DNA of 64,000 bases. It comes from a virus. The stretch lies in IMG/VR virus record IMGVR_UViG_3300045988_120820, positions 72,335 through 136,334 of that record, one strand, 5' to 3'. Position numbers and translations under genes: made by a program. A model generated the notes under the pieces. The model saw nothing but the letters and a program-made list of their open reading frames with translations, was not told the origin of the DNA and did not search any database. Below, piece by piece: positions 22,101-29,014 of this stretch; within the stretch, counting starts at the first letter, position 1, and each line of letters opens with the position of its first letter.

Positions 22101-22320
22101 AAGTGTTTTGTATTTGTTTAAGATTGTTTAATTGGTCATCTTTAAGTTTAAAGGCATTGTTTAGTACTTTTTGAAGTTCTTCCATTTGAGCTTTCATTTT
22201 AGTAGTATCAAATTTTAGATTAACTTCTTTTTTCTCTAGCTTTTCCTTCAACTTAGCAACTTCTTGCTCTGCACCACTTCCATCTACAGAAGTTTTTAAC
22301 CTAATAGTTAAATCTGCCAT
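12232..22320 (-). CDS. tape measure protein, split gene (5 exons, ~2390 aa after removal of 4 intervening sequences)
   Basis: The TP901-type TMP core continues across ORF fragments and two hand-translated mini-exons. The downstream fragments lack an SD/ATG. The intervening segments are structured and GC-enriched. Confidence 0.85.
16195..17234 (-). mobile_element. group I-like intron D (family alpha) carrying a LAGLIDADG ORF
   Basis: An in-frame TAA follows GGT at the proposed 5' splice site. GCCC 9 nt inside can pair with exon GGGU (P1-like). GACTA...TAGTC (P7-like) pairing. GAAA-capped hairpin at 16232..16257. The 3' end ...CCTAATTG is aligned with intron C. Confidence 0.85.
16350..17042 (-). 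CDS. LAGLIDADG homing endonuclease (double motif), intron-encoded
   Basis: LYGLMLGDGDI and LLLWFLDDGNW motifs. ATG at 17042 follows AAGGAG. Confidence 0.9.
   Translation of the reverse strand: MIKNEKEIINSLYGLMLGDGDINGEYIRCVHTNKQRFYVEWLEYTFSSLGIDTHSKYDYEKNTTFGIYIYSNVRIKIPNKEEFKKNTLLNGKKYLSDTVLNNINSFGLLLWFLDDGNWHVSFKNNYAKRFGYLNTQGFSYKDNVRIKDMFKRRFDIDLKIHTDKSGIKGYKNRTYYRLYFNATNFRKFFDVVRPYLKYIPKEFYYKFDMKYKPNRLKNSIEFSKKYNLSN
17235..18125 (-). CDS. tape measure exon 4
   Basis: KITNARYIDSVQGKLTLLQEKW... matches the conserved ...Y.DS.QGK... segment of TP901-type TMPs. Followed by a Gly/Ala-rich hydrophobic stretch. Confidence 0.8.
18126..18533 (-). mobile_element. group I-like intron C (family alpha), ORF-less; 5' boundary uncertain (18534-18558)
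   Basis: Alignable along its length with the capsid-gene intron (35037..35415) and with the halves of intron D. GAAA hairpin at 18162..18188. Contains the junction motif at 18297..18307, where intron D carries its ORF. Confidence 0.75.
18534..18653 (-). CDS. tape measure mini-exon 3 (hand-translated)
   Basis: KNQLNVFTAIMSNWSQAEKFMKEYENGDTFGSS... continues ...AEAIAG from exon 2. This is the typical AIAGK.Q.NV..A.MSN TMP core. Confidence 0.7.
18654..19808 (-). mobile_element. group I-like intron B (family beta) carrying an HTH-LAGLIDADG ORF
   Basis: The 3' ~290 nt is alignable with the terL intron, including GATAAAAAGCC...GATAACAAAYCG at the 3' end. Hairpin with GAAA loop at 18690..18707. Confidence 0.8.
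18942..19739 (-). CDS. LAGLIDADG homing endonuclease with N-terminal HTH, intron-encoded
   Basis: WLGFLYADGSI and RGYLDGDGCI motifs. N-terminal TARISKELKISRSRFSSYLK is HTH-like. ATG at 19739 follows GGGGGTG. Confidence 0.9.
   Translation of the reverse strand: MMEETLEKYNLGLKMYLEGVSTARISKELKISRSRFSSYLKNQGIKVNIMPHKKKINDDIFEKIDSEEKAYWLGFLYADGSISSGKRNDIELSLQLSDKEHLQKFKDFIGFEGKLIVDDFRCRVSFKNKKMKQDLIKLGCTPRKSLTLTFPTEEQVPKELTPHFIRGYLDGDGCIVCTEKHQSIEILGTKNILEGICLNTNIPLGRIYKTNCKSNDIFRLVTNKKEDVLTFCDYIYKNSNIYLERKFKKYKLLIKYYATHGRNIM
19809..19975 (-). CDS. tape measure mini-exon 2 (hand-translated; 5' end approximate)
   Basis: ...NKTAMAIEKITGIDMHDSNGQVRDFYDIMGDIAGMWDKLDKKSKSSVAEAIAG matches the TP901 core region. 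Confidence 0.7.
19976..20289 (-). mobile_element. putative ORF-less intron A in the tape measure gene (family unclear)
   Basis: Separates two in-order TMP core pieces. GCCG 10 nt inside can pair with exon end GACGGU. Contains AGAGTCTC and the junction motif (20203..20213). Structure less clear than in the others. Confidence 0.55.
20290..22320 (-). CDS. tape measure exon 1
   Basis: ATG at 22320 with SD. MADLTIRLK... coiled coil, then ...LGNGLKTIMQNMAG... typical of the TMP core. Confidence 0.85.
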
Positions 22321-22341
22321 ATATTATCCTCACCTACCTTT

Positions 22342-22785
22342 CTATATAACATCCAATCCTTGCCCAATCAAATATCGTTTTAATTCTTCTGGTATTTGTT
22401 GAGCTATTTTAACTTGTGAATCTGGTATAATCGTTGTTGGAGGATAATAAGCAACCGTAGAATCACTTTTAAAACTCCAAACTTTACCTGCTTCCCAACC
22501 TATAATTGGAAAGAAATGTTCTCCCGTTTTTACACTTGTCCAATCCCCATTATCTTGAAATTCTACTACAGCACAATTCATATCAATACTTGATATCTGT
22601 GCTATTTCTCCCATTTGCCCTGTACGTTCATATACAGATGGTTCATGGTCGGCATATATTTGTTCATTTACTTCTTGTTGCATTATATCTACCATTTTAT
22701 TCGCCATAGGTGTCATAGCCGTAGAAACAACGGATTTAATATAATTGACTGCACTTTCAATATCATTTACAACCAAATTAATCAC
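22342..22785 (-). CDS. tail assembly chaperone, downstream frame (possible frameshift extension)
   Basis: Lies immediately upstream of the TMP. Overlaps the previous ORF by 8 nt at an A6G run. Only a GTG with no spaced SD. Confidence 0.4.
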   Translation of the reverse strand: MINLVVNDIESAVNYIKSVVSTAMTPMANKMVDIMQQEVNEQIYADHEPSVYERTGQMGEIAQISSIDMNCAVVEFQDNGDWTSVKTGEHFFPIIGWEAGKVWSFKSDSTVAYYPPTTIIPDSQVKIAQQIPEELKRYLIGQGLDVI

Positions 22786-23242
22786 CTTTTTTCATTTCTT
22801 TTATTTCCTCTTCTAATTTCTCACATTGTTTATTTAATATTTCTAATTTTTCGGCTTCTAATAATATTCTTTTACTTAAAGTTAACGAAGTCATATTTGC
22901 TAATAGGTTTTGTTTTTCTAACATGGCTTCTATAACAATTTCACTTACTATTTCATCTACATCTTGTGCAATAAACATTAATTCTTTTTTACCTTTATTT
23001 ATTGATTCTATTAAATCTTCGTCTAATTCTAAATCCGTAGCTAATTCAAATGCTTCTTTATATATAAGTTCCATTAATGCTTTTTCTTCTAATCCTTGTT
23101 CTAGTCCTTTAGATATTTTTTCTTTTAATTCGTTTCTATTCTTACCAAATATATTATAAACTAAAACAGTTTCTATTTCGTCATTTACTTCCACGTCATA
23201 TGAACTTCTAATCATATCTAATGTTAAATCACTTAATTTCAT
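22778..23242 (-). CDS. tail assembly chaperone (gpG-like, positional)
   Basis: Acidic 154-aa protein two genes upstream of the TMP. SD and junction motif lie upstream (23260..23270). Confidence 0.45.
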   Translation of the reverse strand: MKLSDLTLDMIRSSYDVEVNDEIETVLVYNIFGKNRNELKEKISKGLEQGLEEKALMELIYKEAFELATDLELDEDLIESINKGKKELMFIAQDVDEIVSEIVIEAMLEKQNLLANMTSLTLSKRILLEAEKLEILNKQCEKLEEEIKEMKKGD

Positions 23243-23375
23243 TTCTTAATCTCCCTTCTTTATTAATTATTTTAATACATCTTCTCCTATTTCACACATT
23301 ATACAAATAGTAATTAGAGTTATAACACAACTGGCTTTGTGTACGATTATATTATATGATTATTTTAAATTTATA

Positions 23376-23401
23376 TTCACAATATTTTTAAATTGCGAAC
23401 T
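23376..23401. repeat. imperfect inverted repeat TTCACAAT-N8-ATTGCGAA within a 21-nt repeat (copy 1)
   Basis: AATATTTTTAAATTGCGAACT at 23381..23401 is identical to 27290..27310. Confidence 0.8.
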
Positions 23402-23419
23402 TAATGGATATTAAACGAA

Positions 23420-23548
23420 CTATTCAACTATTAATTCTTCACATCCGCTTTCTATTAATATTTGTTTAACTTGCTCCTTTAACTTTGTAGGTACTTTTTT
23501 ATAAGTTAATTTACCTTGTATTATTCTATAAGCTAAAAATTCAGCCAT
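23420..23548 (-). CDS. small XkdX/CD1375-like protein (42 aa, below track cutoff)
   Basis: Hand-translated: MAEFLAYRIIQGKLTYKKVPTKLKEQVKQILIESGCEELIVE. ATG lies 1 nt after the upstream stop. This is the typical position after fibre genes. Confidence 0.55.
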   Translation of the reverse strand: MAEFLAYRIIQGKLTYKKVPTKLKEQVKQILIESGCEELIVE

Positions 23549-23549
23549 A

Positions 23550-23735
23550 TTATTCACCTCCTTCTAAAGTTAACATAATCAAATCTTGTATTGCCTGTGC
23601 TTGTCTTTCTTGTTCTTCTTGCATTAAATCAAGTTGAGATTTAGGCTGTTCAATTGTATTTTCCTGAAGTTCTTTAAAAAAAATCAATTCTTCTGTTGTC
23701 ATTTCACGTATTATACCATTTTCATATATTTTCAT
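23550..23735 (-). CDS. small acidic protein (XkdW-position), unknown function
   Basis: The ATG at 23735 (MKIYENG...) follows GGTGG. The track's TTG start is less likely. Confidence 0.5.
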   Translation of the reverse strand: MKIYENGIIREMTTEELIFFKELQENTIEQPKSQLDLMQEEQERQAQAIQDLIMLTLEGGE

Positions 23736-23743
23736 TTTACCAC

Positions 23744-24391
23744 CTATCTTCCATAAACCCAAAATTCTAAATTATTAATAGCAGTATTAAAAACTAAAAA
23801 TAATTTATCTACTTTTTTTACATTACAAGACCCAGGTTTCCAAACATTTGAAACCAAATCACTACCAAAGCTTACATTTAAAACATATGTGGATGCATTA
23901 CCCATATATCTTGTAGCATGAACTGTATCAGCACCAATTGTTATATTATATCTTATATATTTTTCTCTTGTCGTATCACCAAAACTATTATCTGACATTA
24001 ACATATCACTATTATCAGTCAAAGTACCCCTCAATAATTTAAATGTTTTCTTTTCACTTAATTTTGGTACTTTAAAAAATACCATAACTTCATTATATAA
24101 AAAAGAGTTGCCTTTATCATTTTGAGTTAATGACACAGTAGTTACATCTGCTGACAACACGTCATGTTTAACTAACTCCCAATCTTGTAATGTAAAACGA
24201 TTATTTAAAACATTTAATTGAGAATTTATATTGGTTATATTTCCAGTTATATCAGTTATTTTATCATTCATATTTGATATATTTTTTCTTAAATAATTTC
24301 CATCTTCACATAATACATTATTATCTGTACTAAAAAAAGATATATTTTTTTTTGATTGTTTATCTCTAAACATTTTTTTTAAAAAGTCCAT
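23744..24391 (-). CDS. short tail-fibre-like protein
   Basis: The N-terminus FFSTDNNVLCEDGNYLRKNI is shared with 1962..3308. Confidence 0.5.
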   Translation of the reverse strand: MDFLKKMFRDKQSKKNISFFSTDNNVLCEDGNYLRKNISNMNDKITDITGNITNINSQLNVLNNRFTLQDWELVKHDVLSADVTTVSLTQNDKGNSFLYNEVMVFFKVPKLSEKKTFKLLRGTLTDNSDMLMSDNSFGDTTREKYIRYNITIGADTVHATRYMGNASTYVLNVSFGSDLVSNVWKPGSCNVKKVDKLFLVFNTAINNLEFWVYGR

Positions 24392-24395
24392 TTTA

Positions 24396-25988
24396 TCACA
24401 TCCATTTTTTATTTAATAAATTTTTATAATTTGTAATAAATATCTCAGCATTAGTTTTTTCTTCACCATCGTTTGCATGATAATGAGTAACAGGTTTATC
24501 ATTATTATTATTAACTTTATTTATTGTAGAATTGATACTAGCTATATTGCATCTTACACCATTAATATTTATTGAATTTATATATGAATTTATAATTGTA
24601 GGGAAATGTATATTATTATGAAAAACAGCAGATTGCAATATACAATTTACACCAGTCCATCCTTGAACGCCATGATATATTGAATTTCCTAAAATGAAAG
24701 AATTAGATATCACGCTATTAATGCAACTATTCCATGCATCTTCCATATCTAATGACCAATCATATTTCCATCCATTATTTGGTTGAATTATTTTATTTAT
24801 ATGTAAATCTTGATTCCCACCAACTACATTAACAATCCCCGTTGCTGAAGAAATACAATTTATATTTTCTATGATACAATCTTTGTTCAAATTGCAAGGA
24901 AATATTCTCATAATACATACATCATCTCTAGGCTGTTTATTTTTAGGTTCTTTTTCTTGATAAATGCCTAGCTTATAATATGTAGCGTTTATAGGATATT
25001 GATACTCTCTATAGTATTGACAATCTTCTAATAATTCTATAAAATTACCTTCTGCGTCATAAAAAGCAATATTATACAATCTGACGTTTGTTGGAATCCA
25101 TGCATTAGAACATCCTACAACAAAAGTATTATTATCACATATAGGTAATTCAGAATATTCATTCATACACCAACATTTATTATTTGCAATTAACTTTCCT
25201 GTTATTTTATCTATGTATCCATTATAATTATTTTTATCAGACCATCTACCATGTGCTATTGTAGGTTTTATTGTTACATAATCCATATCAGAATAAATAA
25301 GAAAATTAAAACCGCATACATTTTTAAATTGTATATTTTTAATTATAGAATTTTCAGCATTTGCTAATTCGACAGTAAAACAATTATCACTATATTCATC
25401 TTTTTTACCATACATATCGTTTGAACCGTAAATTTTTACGTTAATTAAACCACTATAATCAGAATCTATTTTAAATCCTTTGTAATGAATGGGCGTTTTT
25501 ATAGTTGTTCCATCTTCTTCATATTCAACTTGTTCTGCGTGAGATATATTTATTGTTGAAAAATTAAAATCAATTATAGTTCCTTTTGGAATTGGATAAC
25601 TCTCATTAGTCAATTCAAAATTATAAATATCTTTTGGAATTGAAATATAAGAATCTTCTCCACATTGAGTAACAAATGATTTAAAATCTTCCCATGATGT
25701 TGGTGTATATTCATAATATTCTCTATTAATATTATTAAAAGGATTTTTTATAGCTTTTATAGTCTTACTATCTGTATTACCATATTGGTCTATACAATTT
25801 ATAGTGAAATTACCTTCATCTTTAATATAAATTGTATCATGAATAAGCACAACATTTTCATCATTACAAGTATACTTACACCAATATTGCAAAGGAGTAT
25901 AGAATCTAGGATATGCTATTATTTTATACCATCTACCAACAATCATCTTATCAGCACAACAAATCTTACACTTATTTTGTATCGTCAT
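24396..25988 (-). CDS. beta-helix (depolymerase-like) tailspike protein, paralog of 27309..28946
   Basis: Repetitive N/I/G-rich turns. Shares the segment YNIAFYDAEGNFIELLEDCQYYREY with YNIYFYDENKTFISKLKNCIQHEFY. Confidence 0.55.
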   Translation of the reverse strand: MTIQNKCKICCADKMIVGRWYKIIAYPRFYTPLQYWCKYTCNDENVVLIHDTIYIKDEGNFTINCIDQYGNTDSKTIKAIKNPFNNINREYYEYTPTSWEDFKSFVTQCGEDSYISIPKDIYNFELTNESYPIPKGTIIDFNFSTINISHAEQVEYEEDGTTIKTPIHYKGFKIDSDYSGLINVKIYGSNDMYGKKDEYSDNCFTVELANAENSIIKNIQFKNVCGFNFLIYSDMDYVTIKPTIAHGRWSDKNNYNGYIDKITGKLIANNKCWCMNEYSELPICDNNTFVVGCSNAWIPTNVRLYNIAFYDAEGNFIELLEDCQYYREYQYPINATYYKLGIYQEKEPKNKQPRDDVCIMRIFPCNLNKDCIIENINCISSATGIVNVVGGNQDLHINKIIQPNNGWKYDWSLDMEDAWNSCINSVISNSFILGNSIYHGVQGWTGVNCILQSAVFHNNIHFPTIINSYINSININGVRCNIASINSTINKVNNNNDKPVTHYHANDGEEKTNAEIFITNYKNLLNKKWM

Positions 25989-27141
25989 AATTAATCACTC
26001 CACTTTGAGAAAGATTGCATATTCCATTTTGATAATTACGTTCTGTTATATCTATATTTCCTTCGTCATAAGCTATTATATTTCCCTCTTCATCATATGC
26101 TAATGGTGAACCGCACCCTTTTGTTCCTTGTAATAAAGCTGTCGCATTTACAGTTTCATTTATAGTACACTCTTCTGAACTAACCTCTTCAAATATATTA
26201 TCTCCACTACTTGAAGATGTAGGTAAATCAGTTCCTTCATCTAATTTAGTTCCATCTGCTTTTGCTAAATATATTTTATTTCCTTCAATAATAGTTTTTT
26301 TCGCAATCTCTTTAAGTTGCGAATTAACCTCATTTATTGCAGGTATTATTTTTTTATTTGTAGTAGTTAATGTATCATGTGAAATATCATCTATGCCATT
26401 AAATGAAACATCATCTTTATCAAGTTCAATTTGATTCTCTTGTACTTCCTTTATTTTATTATTTACCTCATTTATCCCACCAGTAATTGTTTTTTCGTCG
26501 GTATTTAAAAATTCATCATTTTTCTTTTGATAATTCGTTAAATCTACAGTTCCTCCACCGATTCCAGAATTAACATCTTCTCTTAATTGATTTATCGCAC
26601 CTACTATAGTTTTGTTATCGCCAACTAAATTTTCATCTCGTTTCATCTGAATTTCATTTTTACTTATTCCATCAGTTATTTCTTTAACATCTTTTATTAA
26701 TTTTTCTAATATAGGGAGGTTTTTATCATTTTTTATTTTTTTATTTAACTTAGCAGTAATATTTGGTCTAACTACATAATCAAATTCTTCAGATGTAAAA
26801 CATTTTAATTCATTTTCTATTGTTCCAGAAACTCTTATTTCACATTCATAAGTTCCAATTATATCAAAATAATCTGTAGTTAAATCAACTTGATATAATA
26901 AATCTTCTTTAGATATTAATGTTGCGTCTAAAGGTTTGAATTCATCTGTCTCTGGTTTTAATACTGCAAGTTTAACTATTAAATCATCTGGTATGGTTTT
27001 ATCTTCATCAGTACAAATTAATTTTATAAAAATATTACATATATTTAAATCTGTATTATAGAAAAATATAGTTTTATCGGATTTAACTTTTGTATTTTTT
27101 AAATCTACGGTAATTAAATAATCTTTATCTATATTAATCAT
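25972..27141 (-). CDS. BppU-like receptor-binding scaffold protein (second copy)
   Basis: N-terminal domain pattern as in 3323..4564. Central coiled/GG.INE repeats. Confidence 0.55.
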   Translation of the reverse strand: MINIDKDYLITVDLKNTKVKSDKTIFFYNTDLNICNIFIKLICTDEDKTIPDDLIVKLAVLKPETDEFKPLDATLISKEDLLYQVDLTTDYFDIIGTYECEIRVSGTIENELKCFTSEEFDYVVRPNITAKLNKKIKNDKNLPILEKLIKDVKEITDGISKNEIQMKRDENLVGDNKTIVGAINQLREDVNSGIGGGTVDLTNYQKKNDEFLNTDEKTITGGINEVNNKIKEVQENQIELDKDDVSFNGIDDISHDTLTTTNKKIIPAINEVNSQLKEIAKKTIIEGNKIYLAKADGTKLDEGTDLPTSSSSGDNIFEEVSSEECTINETVNATALLQGTKGCGSPLAYDEEGNIIAYDEGNIDITERNYQNGICNLSQSGVINYDDTK

Positions 27142-27159
27142 TTAATCATCCTCCTTTTT

Positions 27160-27192
27160 GTATATTTTAAAAGGGTTATATAACATAACCCT
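27160..27192 (-). terminator. hairpin, terminator-like
   Basis: AGGGTTAT/ATAACCCT stem followed by TTTAAAATAT on the - strand. Confidence 0.45.
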
Positions 27193-27284
27193 CTAATTTA
27201 CATTTTTCTTTCTATATAAGTGTAAGCGATATGTATTTTTAGAAACATACATTACTATTTATTGTGTGTATTAATGTGTGAGTG

Positions 27285-27310
27285 TTCGTAATATTTTTAA
27301 ATTGCGAACT
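27285..27310. repeat. imperfect inverted repeat TTCGTAAT-N8-ATTGCGAA within a 21-nt repeat (copy 2)
   Basis: Identical 21-mer to 23381..23401. Overlaps the stop codon of 27309..28946. Confidence 0.8.
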
Positions 27311-28946
27311 AAATTTCTATATTACTAAAATTCCAAATGGTATTATCTCCATATGTTGTTCCTATGTTAAAAGGTATTCCTTTAATATAACTGTTATATG
27401 CTACAACTGCATCAGTTTTTGCACTAAACCCAAGTTTAACAAGATTTGAATCATTTGAAGTCCAATTATTTTTAAATATTCTATAGTTCTCGCTATTAAC
27501 TCTAAAATCTAAAATTGTATCTCGAAATTCATTATTATGTAATACTATATTTCTACTATTTACTGATATAACAAAACTAACCCCATCATTATTATTAATA
27601 AATCTTGAATTTCTAACGATATGTCCATGCATATAATGAGAATTATCTTCCCAATCTATTTGAGCCGAAGGGTCGTAATAACCACAATTTATGAAATCGC
27701 AATCATCAATTAAAACATTTGTTCCACCTTGTGGTGAAAGACCAGTAGACATAGCTTCTTTAAATTTACATTTTTTAAAAGTAATATTTTTTAATTCTTC
27801 AATTGCTAAAATATGAACAACTCCACCAAAATCGGGGTCTGCTTCCGTAGGAAGATAGTCTTGATAAAAATCTATTTTACAATAAGCAGAACCAGAAGGT
27901 CTTTCATAAAATTCATGTTGTATGCAATTTTTTAATTTGCTAATAAAAGTTTTGTTTTCATCATAAAAATAAATATTGTATATTCTACTTGTGACATATG
28001 GATATCCTAAACCTCCTTGAACATTCCCGACACTAAATTTTAAAGTAATATCTTTAATTTTATTAAGGGAGTCTAAAGATAAAAAATCTTTTGTTCTAAA
28101 TCTTGTTGAAATATCTTTATTTTCACCAAAATCATTTATTCCACCAATTTCTATATTATTCAATTTTAATGAAACTATGGTTTCTCTATGTTGTCTTTGC
28201 ATTAATCCAACATTAAATCCAGGAGCATAATTAAATTCACAATTTTCAATAAGTATATTATCACCACCACAAATATCTAAAGTTTCTTCTGCTTCAATAT
28301 GATAATTTTTATCCGTCATATAGTTTTCCCCATAAAACTTACCATTTAAGATTGTTAAATTTTTAGTACAATAAATTTTAAACATATGATATGCGTATTT
28401 ATTTCCAGGATTTACATGATTGTAATTTTTAATATCAATTGTTTTTCTTAATTCTAATTGTATTATAGAATTATTCCAATCAACTATCATATTACTTGGA
28501 TATTCTATAGTACCTACATCTCCTTGAACATTATATGTTCCAGTAGGGAATATTATTTTATTATAATTATTTTCTGATGCATATTTAAAAAGATTGATAA
28601 TACTTTGTGTGTTAGTTGTACCACTATCCTTTGCGCCAGTATTGTCTAATCCATATGTTTCTAAGTCTACATTTAATATTTTTAAATCATCAGAATTTAT
28701 ATTAGAACGTTCTATTACTTTTACTTCCATTTGTTTTGAAATATTTTGTCCTACATATTTTACAGTTATAATAGCAGTTCCAATATTATTGGCACGAAGT
28801 ACTCCAAATTGACATGATATAACAGAATTATTAGATGATGTTATAGAAACACTATTATTATCACCCCTCATATCCCATCTAAAAGGATGTTCTGATTCGT
28901 CTTGCAATCCTATTGCCCATAAAACATATTCATCACCAATATACAT
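27309..28946 (-). CDS. tailspike/depolymerase-like protein: N-terminal Big_2-like plus pectate-lyase-type beta-helix
   Basis: YGLDNTGAKDSGTTNTQSIINLFKYASENNYNKIIFPTGTY is typical of the pectate_lyase_3 N-cap. Repetitive beta-helix turns. Confidence 0.65.
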   Translation of the reverse strand: MYIGDEYVLWAIGLQDESEHPFRWDMRGDNNSVSITSSNNSVISCQFGVLRANNIGTAIITVKYVGQNISKQMEVKVIERSNINSDDLKILNVDLETYGLDNTGAKDSGTTNTQSIINLFKYASENNYNKIIFPTGTYNVQGDVGTIEYPSNMIVDWNNSIIQLELRKTIDIKNYNHVNPGNKYAYHMFKIYCTKNLTILNGKFYGENYMTDKNYHIEAEETLDICGGDNILIENCEFNYAPGFNVGLMQRQHRETIVSLKLNNIEIGGINDFGENKDISTRFRTKDFLSLDSLNKIKDITLKFSVGNVQGGLGYPYVTSRIYNIYFYDENKTFISKLKNCIQHEFYERPSGSAYCKIDFYQDYLPTEADPDFGGVVHILAIEELKNITFKKCKFKEAMSTGLSPQGGTNVLIDDCDFINCGYYDPSAQIDWEDNSHYMHGHIVRNSRFINNNDGVSFVISVNSRNIVLHNNEFRDTILDFRVNSENYRIFKNNWTSNDSNLVKLGFSAKTDAVVAYNSYIKGIPFNIGTTYGDNTIWNFSNIEI

Positions 28947-29014
28947 TTGAGATATAGGGTTAACTATTACTATTTCATTAATATTTCTATTCTGTTTTTT
29001 TGCTAATTCTGCTT

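Noticed and set aside
12232-22320. Reading the five TMP fragments as a decayed pseudogene or as several separate tail genes.
   Set aside because: The fragments are in order and in orientation, and together they rebuild a continuous TP901-type core. The inserts are conserved structured RNAs with compensatory changes, and the downstream pieces lack translation starts.
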